DNA of 64,000 nucleotides from an uncultured Aquimarina sp. (GTDB lineage Bacteria; Bacteroidota; Bacteroidia; Flavobacteriales; Flavobacteriaceae): NCBI RefSeq assembly GCF_947495315.1, contig NZ_CANLYD010000022.1, positions 22,390 to 86,389 of the forward strand, read 5' to 3'. Shown piece by piece: positions 38,561 to 46,899 of this stretch (position 1 is its first letter; each line of letters starts with the position of its first letter). The notes under the pieces were generated by a model. It saw only the letters and a program-made list of their open reading frames with translations, ran no database searches and was not told where the DNA came from. The position numbers and the translations under genes were made by a program.

Positions 38561-39240
38561 TGATGATATTAGATAATTTCTTCCTTTAAATTTCTGGTTA
38601 TTCTTATGAGTTATCTAAAAACACATCTTTAACATTTTAATAACAAAAATCACTTAAAGACGCCTAAAACCCACTTCAATTCCTAGGTTAAGGTACTTGT
38701 ACAAGTGGGTACATGAGCATCAGAACATCGCTTAAGGTACTTATGATAGTGGGTACTCTTCTCATATAGGTATGCATGGGGTACTTCCAACACAGGATAG
38801 GGGTACTTCAAACAGAAGCATGACTAGACACAAACAGAAGTATCACTTGTATTGGAGCTAAGTGGCACTTCCCTCAGAGCTCGGTGTTGCTTGTGTTTGA
38901 GGTGTCCTCTGGGTAGTCTAGAGGTATGGAGAGGGTACTTACGAAGTACCCTTAAACCGTATGACTGTGTTAATTTATTAACAGATTTTTGATCATTAAG
39001 CACTTTAAAAACACTTCGATAAACTCCATGTGCCGGCTTAGTTAGTATGACGCCTTATCATTTGGTTTTTTTCGAGGGCTAAGGCTATCGAAGTCGGAAA
39101 ATGACTGTATGTGATATTAAAGGAGATGTCATCGAATCTTCAGTTCATTAGATTTCGACTACAAGAGTACTATATCGAGTTGTATTTTGTCTTGCCTGGC
39201 AAGGTGAAGTTTCATAGTGATAACGCACAGATGTAAAAAA

Positions 39241-39402
39241 GTCAGAAACAGGAAGACGGAAGTTAGAAATTATAAATCTATTTTAGAATTAATGTAAACT
39301 TTTGTAGGATAAGACAACATCCGACTCCTGACATCCAACCTCCAACTCTCAACTTCGGACTCCTGGCTTCGGACCTCTGACATCCGACTCCTGACTTCCA
39401 TC
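39241..39402. repeat. Heptanucleotide hairpin element
   Basis: Purine arm GTCAGAAACAGGAAGACGGAAGTTAGAA (39241-39268). Pyrimidine heptads CATCCGA CTCCTGA CATCCAA CCTCCAA CTCTCAA CTTCGGA CTCCTGG CTTCGGA CCTCTGA CATCCGA CTCCTGA (39318-39402). Confidence 0.8.
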
Positions 39403-39571
39403 CCAAAATTTTCACACAAATCATGGTAACAAATCACACCAAACAGACACTATACTATAAGAAACCATTAGTAAGCGGTTAACAATCATAATAATCAGCA
39501 CCTTACTAGTATAATTAGCTGTCTTCTATTATCTTTGGCGGCTCATTTTACGGAAGATAAAAAAACGAAAT

Positions 39572-40306
39572 ATGCAGTATAAAAAATATATTTTAGTAGT
39601 AATCGGTATCATCTGTTTAGTAGGATGTCGTAGCATTTCAGTAAACAAATCTGTTATGCATACTGCTACAACAACTCCCGTAGCATTAGGCGTTATTGGA
39701 ATCCACGAAAATCATTTGCGTAACACAGATTTTCAGGTAACGACTATTCCTATGTATAAAAAGGATATTCGAGTAGGAGTTACTGCAGCAGATTTTGATA
39801 AAACTACCTACAAGGCGTACCTGTCTAAATCACAAAACAACAAACATCAAATTACCTATATAGATTCTTTAGAAACCAAACCACAATTTCTAAAAATAGA
39901 ACTGATCGATTGGGTATCCACAATTTCCGAATTAGAGCAACCATATAACCAACAAACGATAGCGTACCTAAAACGACAACAAGGTGCAGAAATGATATCA
40001 TCTGTTTCGTTGGCAGTATCACAAAACACTCTTAACGAAATAAACAGCGCAGAAGCTGTGTTTTTAGTAAACAAAAACTATAAACAATATGAATTATCGC
40101 TAGTTAAAGGTGGTAAAACCTATAAAACCATAGATTTTGCGGATACCACCATATTTGGGTATCGATTATCATATTTCTGTTGGGGAGAAAACGATAAGAG
40201 AAGAGTTGCTCTTTTTGATATTGTAGATGAAAATGACGATTGCCCAAAAAACACTTATAAAAAAGCTGAAAAGGCAAAAGAAAAAATAAATTATTTTAAG
40301 TTGTAA
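39572..40306 (+). CDS. Lipoprotein of unknown function
   Basis: Lipobox CLVGC, 244 aa, Lys-rich tail. Confidence 0.6.
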   Translation: MQYKKYILVVIGIICLVGCRSISVNKSVMHTATTTPVALGVIGIHENHLRNTDFQVTTIPMYKKDIRVGVTAADFDKTTYKAYLSKSQNNKHQITYIDSLETKPQFLKIELIDWVSTISELEQPYNQQTIAYLKRQQGAEMISSVSLAVSQNTLNEINSAEAVFLVNKNYKQYELSLVKGGKTYKTIDFADTTIFGYRLSYFCWGENDKRRVALFDIVDENDDCPKNTYKKAEKAKEKINYFKL

Positions 40307-40348
40307 AAAGAAACTTATAATGTCAATTGATCATTTAAAAAAGCGTTA

Positions 40349-40495
40349 ATTCGAGTGTCCGCCTCAGACGGATGTATCGAGAATAGCTTTTTTACGATCA
40401 TAAATCTATTCTCGATAGCTCTACTGAGAGAAGCCGAAGTGCACTTTTCCTTAGGCTTGTACTGAGGAATATCGAAGTGTCGAAGCACTCGAATG
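40349..40495. repeat. Nested inverted-repeat (MITE/REP-like) element
   Basis: Outer 9-bp inverted repeat ATTCGAGTG (40349-40357) / CACTCGAAT (40487-40495). Inner perfect 11-bp hairpin ATCGAGAATAG (40376-40386) / CTATTCTCGAT (40406-40416). The GTCCGCCTC core recurs at about 60250. Confidence 0.6.
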
Positions 40496-40519
40496 GACGA
40501 ATTAGGATAAAAACAAAAG

Positions 40520-41455
40520 ATGAACATGAAAAAACAATTCTTATATATCTCAACACTATTCCTTACTTTATTAGGATGCGAAGAAATTCTGTTTGAAGAA
40601 GATCTTACGGGTGATATCGTTACAATCATTGCGCCTTCTGATGGATCACAGGTAGAAAGTACATCTGTTTCTTTTAGTTGGGATGCAGTTGATCAAGCTA
40701 CCTCATACAGACTACAGATTGCCAGACCTACATTCGAGAATGCCGTACAGATTGTAGAAGATACTACGGTAACACTTACTAATTTTAGTATCACACTGGT
40801 GAAAAATGATTATGAGTGGAGAGTTCGCGCTCAGAATTCCGGATCACAAACCGAATATACAACTGCTGGTTTTAGTATCACCGAAAGTGAAGATTTTTCT
40901 GCAAGAGAAGTACTATTATCATCTCCAGAAGACAATGCCATTATAAACACTACATCAGTTACGCTACAATGGGAAACAGTAACAGATGCTATAACGTATA
41001 GAATACAATTATTAGATGAAAGTGATCAGGTAATTCAAGAAAATACTGCTACAAGCACCTCTATTCAACTTACATTTCCTGAAGGAGTTACTAAATGGCA
41101 GGTTCGAGCGGAAAATGATACTCAAAGCACCTTATACTTCTCTAGAAGTTTAACTGTAGATAGTATGAATCCTGCCAAACCGGAAACTACTGCACCAGCC
41201 AATCAGGCAGTACTTACGGATACAGCAGTATCTTTTAGCTGGACTAGAGAAGCTGTAGAGGGTACAACAGAATTTGATAGTATATATGTATATCGCAATG
41301 AGCAATTAACAGATCTAGTTATTAAAGATCGGGTAACGTCTCCATCAGAAATCACATTAGATGCAAGTAATACCTACTATTGGTTTATAAAAGCTTTTGA
41401 TGAGGCAGGTAATCAAAGTGAAGCTAGTGACACTTTTAATTTCACAATAAATTAA
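40520..41455 (+). CDS. Lipoprotein with three ~95-aa Ig/Fn3-like repeats
   Basis: Lipobox LLGC. Repeats are marked by S(V/F)SFSWDAV..A.SYRLQI, VTLQWETVTDAITYRIQL and VSFSWTRE...YYWFIKAFDEAGNQS, each ending W.V.A.N/D. Confidence 0.6.
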   Translation: MNMKKQFLYISTLFLTLLGCEEILFEEDLTGDIVTIIAPSDGSQVESTSVSFSWDAVDQATSYRLQIARPTFENAVQIVEDTTVTLTNFSITLVKNDYEWRVRAQNSGSQTEYTTAGFSITESEDFSAREVLLSSPEDNAIINTTSVTLQWETVTDAITYRIQLLDESDQVIQENTATSTSIQLTFPEGVTKWQVRAENDTQSTLYFSRSLTVDSMNPAKPETTAPANQAVLTDTAVSFSWTREAVEGTTEFDSIYVYRNEQLTDLVIKDRVTSPSEITLDASNTYYWFIKAFDEAGNQSEASDTFNFTIN

Positions 41456-41459
41456 TACC

Positions 41460-41930
41460 ATGCTAAAAGGTAAAAAAGGATTATATATTTTACTACCAAT
41501 AGTCGTATTCATTTGGGGAGCTATTATTTTTCAAGTGGTTGATGCATTTTCTGATGAAGATCCAGTAGTTTCTGATATTACAAAGGTTTCTTTTGCCACC
41601 ATAAAAACCAAGGAGCGAGAGAAATTTACGATTGGTGAAATAGATAGAGATCCATTTTTAGGAACTATATACCGTCCTAAAAAGGTGCTAAACAAAAATC
41701 CTAAGCCAATAGTAAAAAAACAGGAGACTGCCTGGCCTTCTATTCGTTATAAAGGGTTGGTTTCCGCACAAAATAATTCGTTAGCTATTTTTTTAGTAGA
41801 GATAAACGGATCAGATCAATTGATGAAGGCTAACGAATCATTTTCCGATGTGAAACTTATAAAAGGATCTTCTAGCTCCGTAAAACTAAAATATAAAGGT
41901 AAAACCAAGGAATTCCCCATTTTGAATTGA
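41460..41930 (+). CDS. Bitopic accessory protein (PilP/GspC-like position)
   Basis: N-terminal TM segment (LYILLPIVVFIWGAIIFQVV) plus a ~120-aa periplasmic part. Assignment by context only. Confidence 0.35.
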   Translation: MLKGKKGLYILLPIVVFIWGAIIFQVVDAFSDEDPVVSDITKVSFATIKTKEREKFTIGEIDRDPFLGTIYRPKKVLNKNPKPIVKKQETAWPSIRYKGLVSAQNNSLAIFLVEINGSDQLMKANESFSDVKLIKGSSSSVKLKYKGKTKEFPILN

Positions 41931-43198
41931 ATGTATTCTACAAAATAAAAGCCCAAGCCATGCAGTTTGCATTGCTGATTTCTGTAATTATTGCAATACT
42001 ACTTAGCGCCTTCTTATTACTTACACACGTACAATCTTTTTTTAGAATTAAATCACAAGAATTAATCGAAGCAGCCGAGTTAGCAAATTATCAACTATTC
42101 GAATCTTTAAACGACGCTACTACATCAAACGATACGATTCGCACCAATCTGGATACAAAAACCTTAAAATTAGCTACCAATTATTATGGCGCCTGGACAA
42201 AAACGTTTTCTGAAGTTACCATTAGAAATAGGAAAGTTAAAAAAGTCGCTTTCTCAGGATCCATTTTAGATCAAAAAACACCAAATCTTTATTTGGCAAA
42301 TAAAAATGCTCCATTAGTCGTGGTTGGCAATACGCAATTAGAAGGAAATAGTTACTTACCTAAACAAGGTATCAAAGCCGGAAATATATCCGGTAATTAT
42401 TATCAAGGATCAAGTCTTTATTATGGACGTACCATGGAAAGCAAGGAAACAATTCCTGAGCTAGATGTTACATGGCTTTCATATATCGAAGCACTTACAA
42501 AAGGTGATTACATCGACGAAGATTTTATTATTCCACTTGAAAAAGAAATTAAAAACTCATTTTACAACACTCCAAAAATTATATATAATAAGGAATCTAT
42601 TATTCTTGGAAATGAAAAAATATCTGGAAACGTCATTGTACAATCAGCGTCCAAAATTGTTATCACATCAACTTCGCAATTAACCGATGTGATACTGATT
42701 GCTCCAACTATAATAATTCAAGATAATGTAAAAGGTAGGTTTCAGCTACTTGCCACCAAAAAGATTGAAGTTGGAAAACGGTGTCACCTCTCCTACCCAT
42801 CTTCGATAATGCTGTTAGACAAAAATAGTATACCAATAGCTAATCAAGGAAATGCTTCGCAAAGCAAAACTCCGGATTTTAGTATCGATAAAAATACCAT
42901 CATTGAAGGCTCTGTTGTGTATTTAAAAAAGAAAACAGCTATACAAAATCGAATCAAAACACATCTAAAAATAGAAAATAATGTTGCGATTACTGGCGAA
43001 ATATATTGTCAAGGAAATATCGAGTTTTTAGGTACTGTAAAAGGGTCTTTATACACTCAGCAATTCATCGCTAATCAGTCAGGTTCTGTATATCTTAATC
43101 ATTTGTATAATGGTAAAGTTCTGATAAATCCTATTCCTGAGTATGCAGGACTACCATTTAAGAACTCTAAAAAGAACGTAGCAAGATGGTTATACTAA
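41927..43198 (+). CDS. Large minor pseudopilin (GspK/PilX-like, no Glu+5)
   Basis: TTG start. Leader MNVFYKIKA, then QAMQFALLISVIIAILLSAFLLL. It has the same K-I-K-A leader end as the other pilin-like genes but Phe at +5, as in GspK-type proteins. 423 aa. Confidence 0.5.
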   Translation: MNVFYKIKAQAMQFALLISVIIAILLSAFLLLTHVQSFFRIKSQELIEAAELANYQLFESLNDATTSNDTIRTNLDTKTLKLATNYYGAWTKTFSEVTIRNRKVKKVAFSGSILDQKTPNLYLANKNAPLVVVGNTQLEGNSYLPKQGIKAGNISGNYYQGSSLYYGRTMESKETIPELDVTWLSYIEALTKGDYIDEDFIIPLEKEIKNSFYNTPKIIYNKESIILGNEKISGNVIVQSASKIVITSTSQLTDVILIAPTIIIQDNVKGRFQLLATKKIEVGKRCHLSYPSSIMLLDKNSIPIANQGNASQSKTPDFSIDKNTIIEGSVVYLKKKTAIQNRIKTHLKIENNVAITGEIYCQGNIEFLGTVKGSLYTQQFIANQSGSVYLNHLYNGKVLINPIPEYAGLPFKNSKKNVARWLY

Positions 43199-43503
43199 AA
43201 AAAATACGAGCTGCTACATTGATCGAAACTTTAACGGCTTCGGTATTGATTATTATTGTATTTATGATCGCTAGCTTAAGTTTCAATAACATATTCAGTA
43301 ATCATATAAAAAGGGATCGTAGCGCCATTGAAAATAGAATTAAAGAATTAGAATATTTGATCATTCATCATAAAATAGATATACCGTATACGGAAGATTT
43401 TGGCTCTTGGGAAATTGAAGTTATTACTAAGAATAACAACAACATTATATTTTATCGTCAGGGTGATAATACTTTAGAAAAACAAGTAATACAACATGAC
43501 TAG
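43186..43503 (+). CDS. Minor pseudopilin
   Basis: Leader MVILKKIRA, then ATLIETLTASVLIIIVFMIA (Glu at +5). 105 aa. Confidence 0.65.
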   Translation: MVILKKIRAATLIETLTASVLIIIVFMIASLSFNNIFSNHIKRDRSAIENRIKELEYLIIHHKIDIPYTEDFGSWEIEVITKNNNNIIFYRQGDNTLEKQVIQHD

Positions 43504-43960
43504 TACTTCTCATAAAATAAAGGCCTTTACCATAACTGAAATGATGGTAGTCATTGTTATTTCTGCGGTTGTAGTCGGATTAGCCTTTACCATATTGGGG
43601 ATTGTACAAAACAATATGAGAAGTATTGAGAATAATTATGAGTATCAAGCGCAAATACAATCTCTAGAAGTTGCCTTAACCATAGATTTTAATAAATATC
43701 CAACTGCACAATGGAATCCCAGGGAAAATGAATTACTACTTTCTTCTCCTATTCAAGAAAAGGTGTATAAATTCAGTACTGATAGTATTATAAATGACCT
43801 GGATGTTTTTATAGTAAAAACAAAGCATACTACCTTTTATTTTGAAGGAGAAGAAGTAAAATCAGGAAGCGTTGATGGTATTAAGTTTACCTTTGACAAC
43901 ACTACGGATTTACATCGTATTTTTATTTACAAACACAATGATCCTACAATCCACTTCTGA
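43496..43960 (+). CDS. Minor pseudopilin
   Basis: Leader MTSTSHKIKA, then FTITEMMVVIVISAVVVGLAF (Glu at +5). 154 aa. Confidence 0.7.
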   Translation: MTSTSHKIKAFTITEMMVVIVISAVVVGLAFTILGIVQNNMRSIENNYEYQAQIQSLEVALTIDFNKYPTAQWNPRENELLLSSPIQEKVYKFSTDSIINDLDVFIVKTKHTTFYFEGEEVKSGSVDGIKFTFDNTTDLHRIFIYKHNDPTIHF

Positions 43961-43962
43961 AT

Positions 43963-45093
43963 ATGGGAATAAAAATCGAAAATACTACAAAAGCAAAACA
44001 AAAGGATAGCTCTTTTGATATTTCGGAAATCCTAACGAAGGAGATTACCTTATTCGGAAATGCCTTTAACAGCAAAAAGAAAGAACAATGGTATGCAGAA
44101 CTAAGTGTTTTATTAAAATCCGGAATCGATCTTAAGAGTGGATTAGAGTTATTGTCGGAAACTCAGAAAAAAGAAAAAGATCAGAAGTTAATGACCACCA
44201 TGCTATCTAAACTGATCGATGGTAACGCTTTTTCTGAAATACTAAAAACGAATAAAAACTTTACCGATTACGAATATTATGCAGTAAAAATTGGAGAGCA
44301 AACAGGTCAGCTAGCTCGAATCACATTAGAACTAAGTGATTTTTATAAACGAAAAAATGATCTAAAAAGAGAGATCATTTCTGCACTTACCTACCCTATC
44401 ATTGTGCTGCTAACAGCTTTGATTGTTATATTTTTTATGCTTAGATATGTAGTTCCTATGTTTGTAGATATCTTTAAGCAAAACAATGTAGAGCTTCCGG
44501 GTGTTACTAAAGCTATCATTGGTTTTTCTGAGTTTACGGGTGAAAATGGACTCCTTATTTTGGGATGCATTGCTATCGGAATAGTTTCTATTTTCCTTGT
44601 TTCAAAGAAAAAATGGTATCGAAAATTTATAGGTAATCTTCAGCTCAAAATTCCAATCCTCGGTAATTATTTCCGGAAAATATATATGGCCCAATTTACA
44701 CAAGCACTTTCACTACTAACCTATGCAAAGGTTCCCATGGTGGACAGCATTGATTTGGTCAAAAACATGATTAATTTCTACCCGTTGCAGCAAGGCTTAT
44801 ACAAAACCAATCAATCCGTCATTTCAGGAGATAAATTAAGTGCTTCATTTGCCAAAAGCCCAATTTTTGACAAAAAATTGATTGCCATGATCAGGGTCGC
44901 TGAAGAAACCAATCAAACCGAATTTATTTTTCAGAAACTCAATGAACAATACAATCAGCAGGTAAAACATCAGTCACAAGTAATTTCTAATGTATTAAAC
45001 CCCTTACTCACTATTATGGTAGGAGTTATAGTAGGTGTAATACTAATAGCAATGTATTTACCAATGTTTAGATTAAGTAGTGTGATTGGATAA
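43963..45093 (+). CDS. gspF: GspF/PilC-family inner-membrane platform protein
   Basis: 376 aa. Duplicated cytoplasmic domain (AVKIGEQTGQLARITLELSDFY and MIRVAEETNQTEFIFQKLNEQY) and three TM segments. Confidence 0.85.
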   Translation: MGIKIENTTKAKQKDSSFDISEILTKEITLFGNAFNSKKKEQWYAELSVLLKSGIDLKSGLELLSETQKKEKDQKLMTTMLSKLIDGNAFSEILKTNKNFTDYEYYAVKIGEQTGQLARITLELSDFYKRKNDLKREIISALTYPIIVLLTALIVIFFMLRYVVPMFVDIFKQNNVELPGVTKAIIGFSEFTGENGLLILGCIAIGIVSIFLVSKKKWYRKFIGNLQLKIPILGNYFRKIYMAQFTQALSLLTYAKVPMVDSIDLVKNMINFYPLQQGLYKTNQSVISGDKLSASFAKSPIFDKKLIAMIRVAEETNQTEFIFQKLNEQYNQQVKHQSQVISNVLNPLLTIMVGVIVGVILIAMYLPMFRLSSVIG

Positions 45094-45181
45094 TAATAAT
45101 TCTGATCATTCAATTGACTAAGTAAAAGGTAACAAACTTTATTTATACCGGAATACATAAAATCTAGCTTCACACATCGCA

Positions 45182-45189
45182 TAATTTTG
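45182..45189 (+). promoter_or_regulatory. Bacteroidota -7 box (TAnnTTTG) upstream of the peptide gene
   Basis: TAATTTTG, overlapping a hairpin TGCACAAAA...TTTTGTGCA (about 45187-45223), about 140 nt upstream of ATG 45328. Confidence 0.3.
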
Positions 45190-45327
45190 CACAAAATTAA
45201 ATCAAAGAGGTTTTTGTGCAGAAATATTCCGTTGATCCACATTATTCTGTCGAACCCCCACAAAGTCATGTTTTGTTATTATGAAGAATTTACCTTAGAG
45301 TTATATAACTTATAAATTTTTCACATT

Positions 45328-45522
45328 ATGATTGACAAAATCAAAAACTTAGGGACTTCTCTTAACAAAGAACAGCAAAAAGAAATCAACGGAGGAAATA
45401 TCGGTGGAAGACGATGTAATTCAAACGCGGACTGCTGGAATATGTCTCCGTTTTTAGGACCTGGAGATGTTTCTTGTAGATACTCTCCTTTTTCATCGTA
45501 CAAGGTATGTCAGTTTAATTAA
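45328..45522 (+). CDS. Double-glycine-leader, Cys-rich bacteriocin-like peptide precursor
   Basis: 64 aa. Leader MIDKIKNLGTSLNKEQQKEINGG matches the Bacteroidota GG-leader pattern (L.K.E...I.GG). The 41-aa core NIGGRRCNSNADCWNMSPFLGPGDVSCRYSPFSSYKVCQFN has 4 Cys. Confidence 0.5.
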   Translation: MIDKIKNLGTSLNKEQQKEINGGNIGGRRCNSNADCWNMSPFLGPGDVSCRYSPFSSYKVCQFN

Positions 45523-45570
45523 GAGAATTTATTCTCTTTTGAGTCATCCTGAAACGGATTGGCAGTTTTT

Positions 45571-45606
45571 AATATCCCCTATGAAGCTAGCTTCATAGGG
45601 GATATT
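45571..45606. terminator. Perfect 36-nt palindrome between convergent small genes (probable bidirectional terminator)
   Basis: AATATCCCCTATGAAG CTAG CTTCATAGGGGATATT: 16-bp stem with a 4-nt loop. Flanking U-tracts are weak. Confidence 0.5.
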
Positions 45607-45619
45607 GTTATGTATAAAA

Positions 45620-45754
45620 TTAGGTGTTTTTCTTTTTTGAAGGAACTCTAAATGCTTTCCTTGCTTTTATCTTATTATATAGTACAATCACCACTGCAAA
45701 AAGTGCTAACAGGGCAAATCCTCCTCTGCCCATTAAGTAATCAATAATCTCCAT
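45620..45754 (-). CDS. Possible 44-aa single-TM small protein
   Basis: Manual translation gives MEIIDYLMGRGGFALLALFAVVIVLYNKIKARKAFRVPSKKKNT: a hydrophobic core and a basic tail. Below the ORF-track cut-off. Convergent with the peptide gene. Confidence 0.25.
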   Translation of the reverse strand: MEIIDYLMGRGGFALLALFAVVIVLYNKIKARKAFRVPSKKKNT

Positions 45755-45914
45755 AGTTATAATTTTACTCTAGAGTCGGTAAAAACGGCAAGAACTTACA
45801 TTTTTTTCTAATCTTCTTAGCTATGAAATTCAGGCAGATAATATGTAAAACCCTGAATAAATTTTGTTTTATTTCTTTTTAAGAAACTATGCTAAAAAGC
45901 AAAGTGATAATTAT

Positions 45915-46367
45915 TTAACCAGTCATCACAGAGGTGCGTATGGAATATTCATCAATACTAGAAAGATTACTAAGTGAATAAATCTGATGCGAAGTATTAC
46001 TTATGATATCTTCATAAAATGCTAATATCTTAGCATCAAAACCAGGAGTATCTTCTGCAGTGATCTTAAATATATCCATCTGATAGATAAAATTATTTAG
46101 AATATGATGACTAGAAGATAGCATCGCTTTATAAATCTTTAATTTTGCATTTTCTAATTTGACTTTTTTAAAGCGTCTGCGCATATCAAGTACTAAGAAA
46201 ACGGAAAATATCAAGAAAGGAATAATAAATTCATCAAATTCGAACTGCTCTATACTGGCTAGAAATGCCAATACTTGTTCAAAAAGGTCTAGTTCTAAAA
46301 AAATAGCGGAGAAATACACGAACACGGATAACGATAATCCGATGATCGTAAGTTTGTAGTTGTTCAT
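45915..46367 (-). CDS. Small membrane protein with histidine-kinase-like H-box segment
   Basis: Two TM segments, then KAMLSSSHHILNNFIYQM, which resembles a HisKA_2/HWE-type H-box. No ATPase domain. 150 aa. Confidence 0.45.
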   Translation of the reverse strand: MNNYKLTIIGLSLSVFVYFSAIFLELDLFEQVLAFLASIEQFEFDEFIIPFLIFSVFLVLDMRRRFKKVKLENAKLKIYKAMLSSSHHILNNFIYQMDIFKITAEDTPGFDAKILAFYEDIISNTSHQIYSLSNLSSIDEYSIRTSVMTG

Positions 46368-46574
46368 TGGAGGGGTCCTGAGGTTTAAAGTAATGACGAT
46401 TTGTGATTGTTTTTAGTACATTATGATTTCTATTTCTGGATAAAATCATATAAGGATCGATTGTTAAGCCAGATAAATGTACATAAAATTTAATAAAAAA
46501 ACGGTTTTACCATAATTTATTAACAATGCACGCATAGTTATTCACAATTTTAGTTGTCTTCATGAATCTACACT

Positions 46575-46717
46575 ATCAAAATCCGGCTACGGCATACATA
46601 CCCCACATATAACCGTAGCCATTGATTTTTTTTGTAATTGCTATTCAATTAAGCCTACCTTATTCATTGAATATTGCCCTTACTATATGTAAGTGTCATT
46701 AAACAGGTATTTGTTAC
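46575..46717. repeat. ~145-nt intergenic element, copy 1
   Basis: ATCAAAATCCGGCTACGG...CCGTAGCCATTGATTT...GCCTACCTTATTCAT...TTACTATATGT...TATTTGTTAC. Hairpin GGCTACGG (46585-46592) / CCGTAGCC (46613-46620). Direct copy at 47505-47649. Confidence 0.75.
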
Positions 46718-46821
46718 TGTCAATTTTTAATTATTTTAAAAATAAATTGTAAGGCGTTAAGAATTAGCAGATAATAAGGTGGTTTTTATTGAATACGAGA
46801 CAGAAGATAAAAAACAAAAGC

Positions 46822-46843
46822 TACTTTTTACAGTAACTTTTAT
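46822..46843. repeat. 22-nt perfect direct repeat, left copy
   Basis: TACTTTTTACAGTAACTTTTAT, identical to 47355-47376. The two copies flank the lipoprotein gene. Confidence 0.9.
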
Positions 46844-46899
46844 CTTCTAGTAAATATTTATTTCTGAATTACAAATTATGCTAAATACAGGTAAACTCT

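Noticed and set aside
38363-38563. The 66-aa ORF in the track.
   Set aside because: It lies entirely within copy 2 of the non-coding module, and the equivalent frame is not open in copy 1. Its composition is Cys/Leu/Arg-rich and not protein-like.
38933-38951. The hairpin GGTAC-TTACGAA-GTACC looks like a tRNA anticodon arm (5-bp stem, 7-nt loop, U33, anticodon ACG, A37), which suggested a tRNA-Arg.
   Set aside because: The flanks do not fold into a cloverleaf. The only D-arm-like pairing (CCTC...GAGG) leaves 9 nt before the anticodon stem. There is no T-arm (no TTCGAAT-like loop) and no acceptor-stem complementarity.
15236-45093. Whether the pilus-like genes are the Bacteroidota type V pilus or T9SS/gliding machinery.
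   Set aside because: Class-III-type leaders with Glu+5, an A24 peptidase, a GspE-type ATPase, a secretin and a GspF-type protein define the T2SS/T4P superfamily. No Gld/Spr or FimA-type features were seen.
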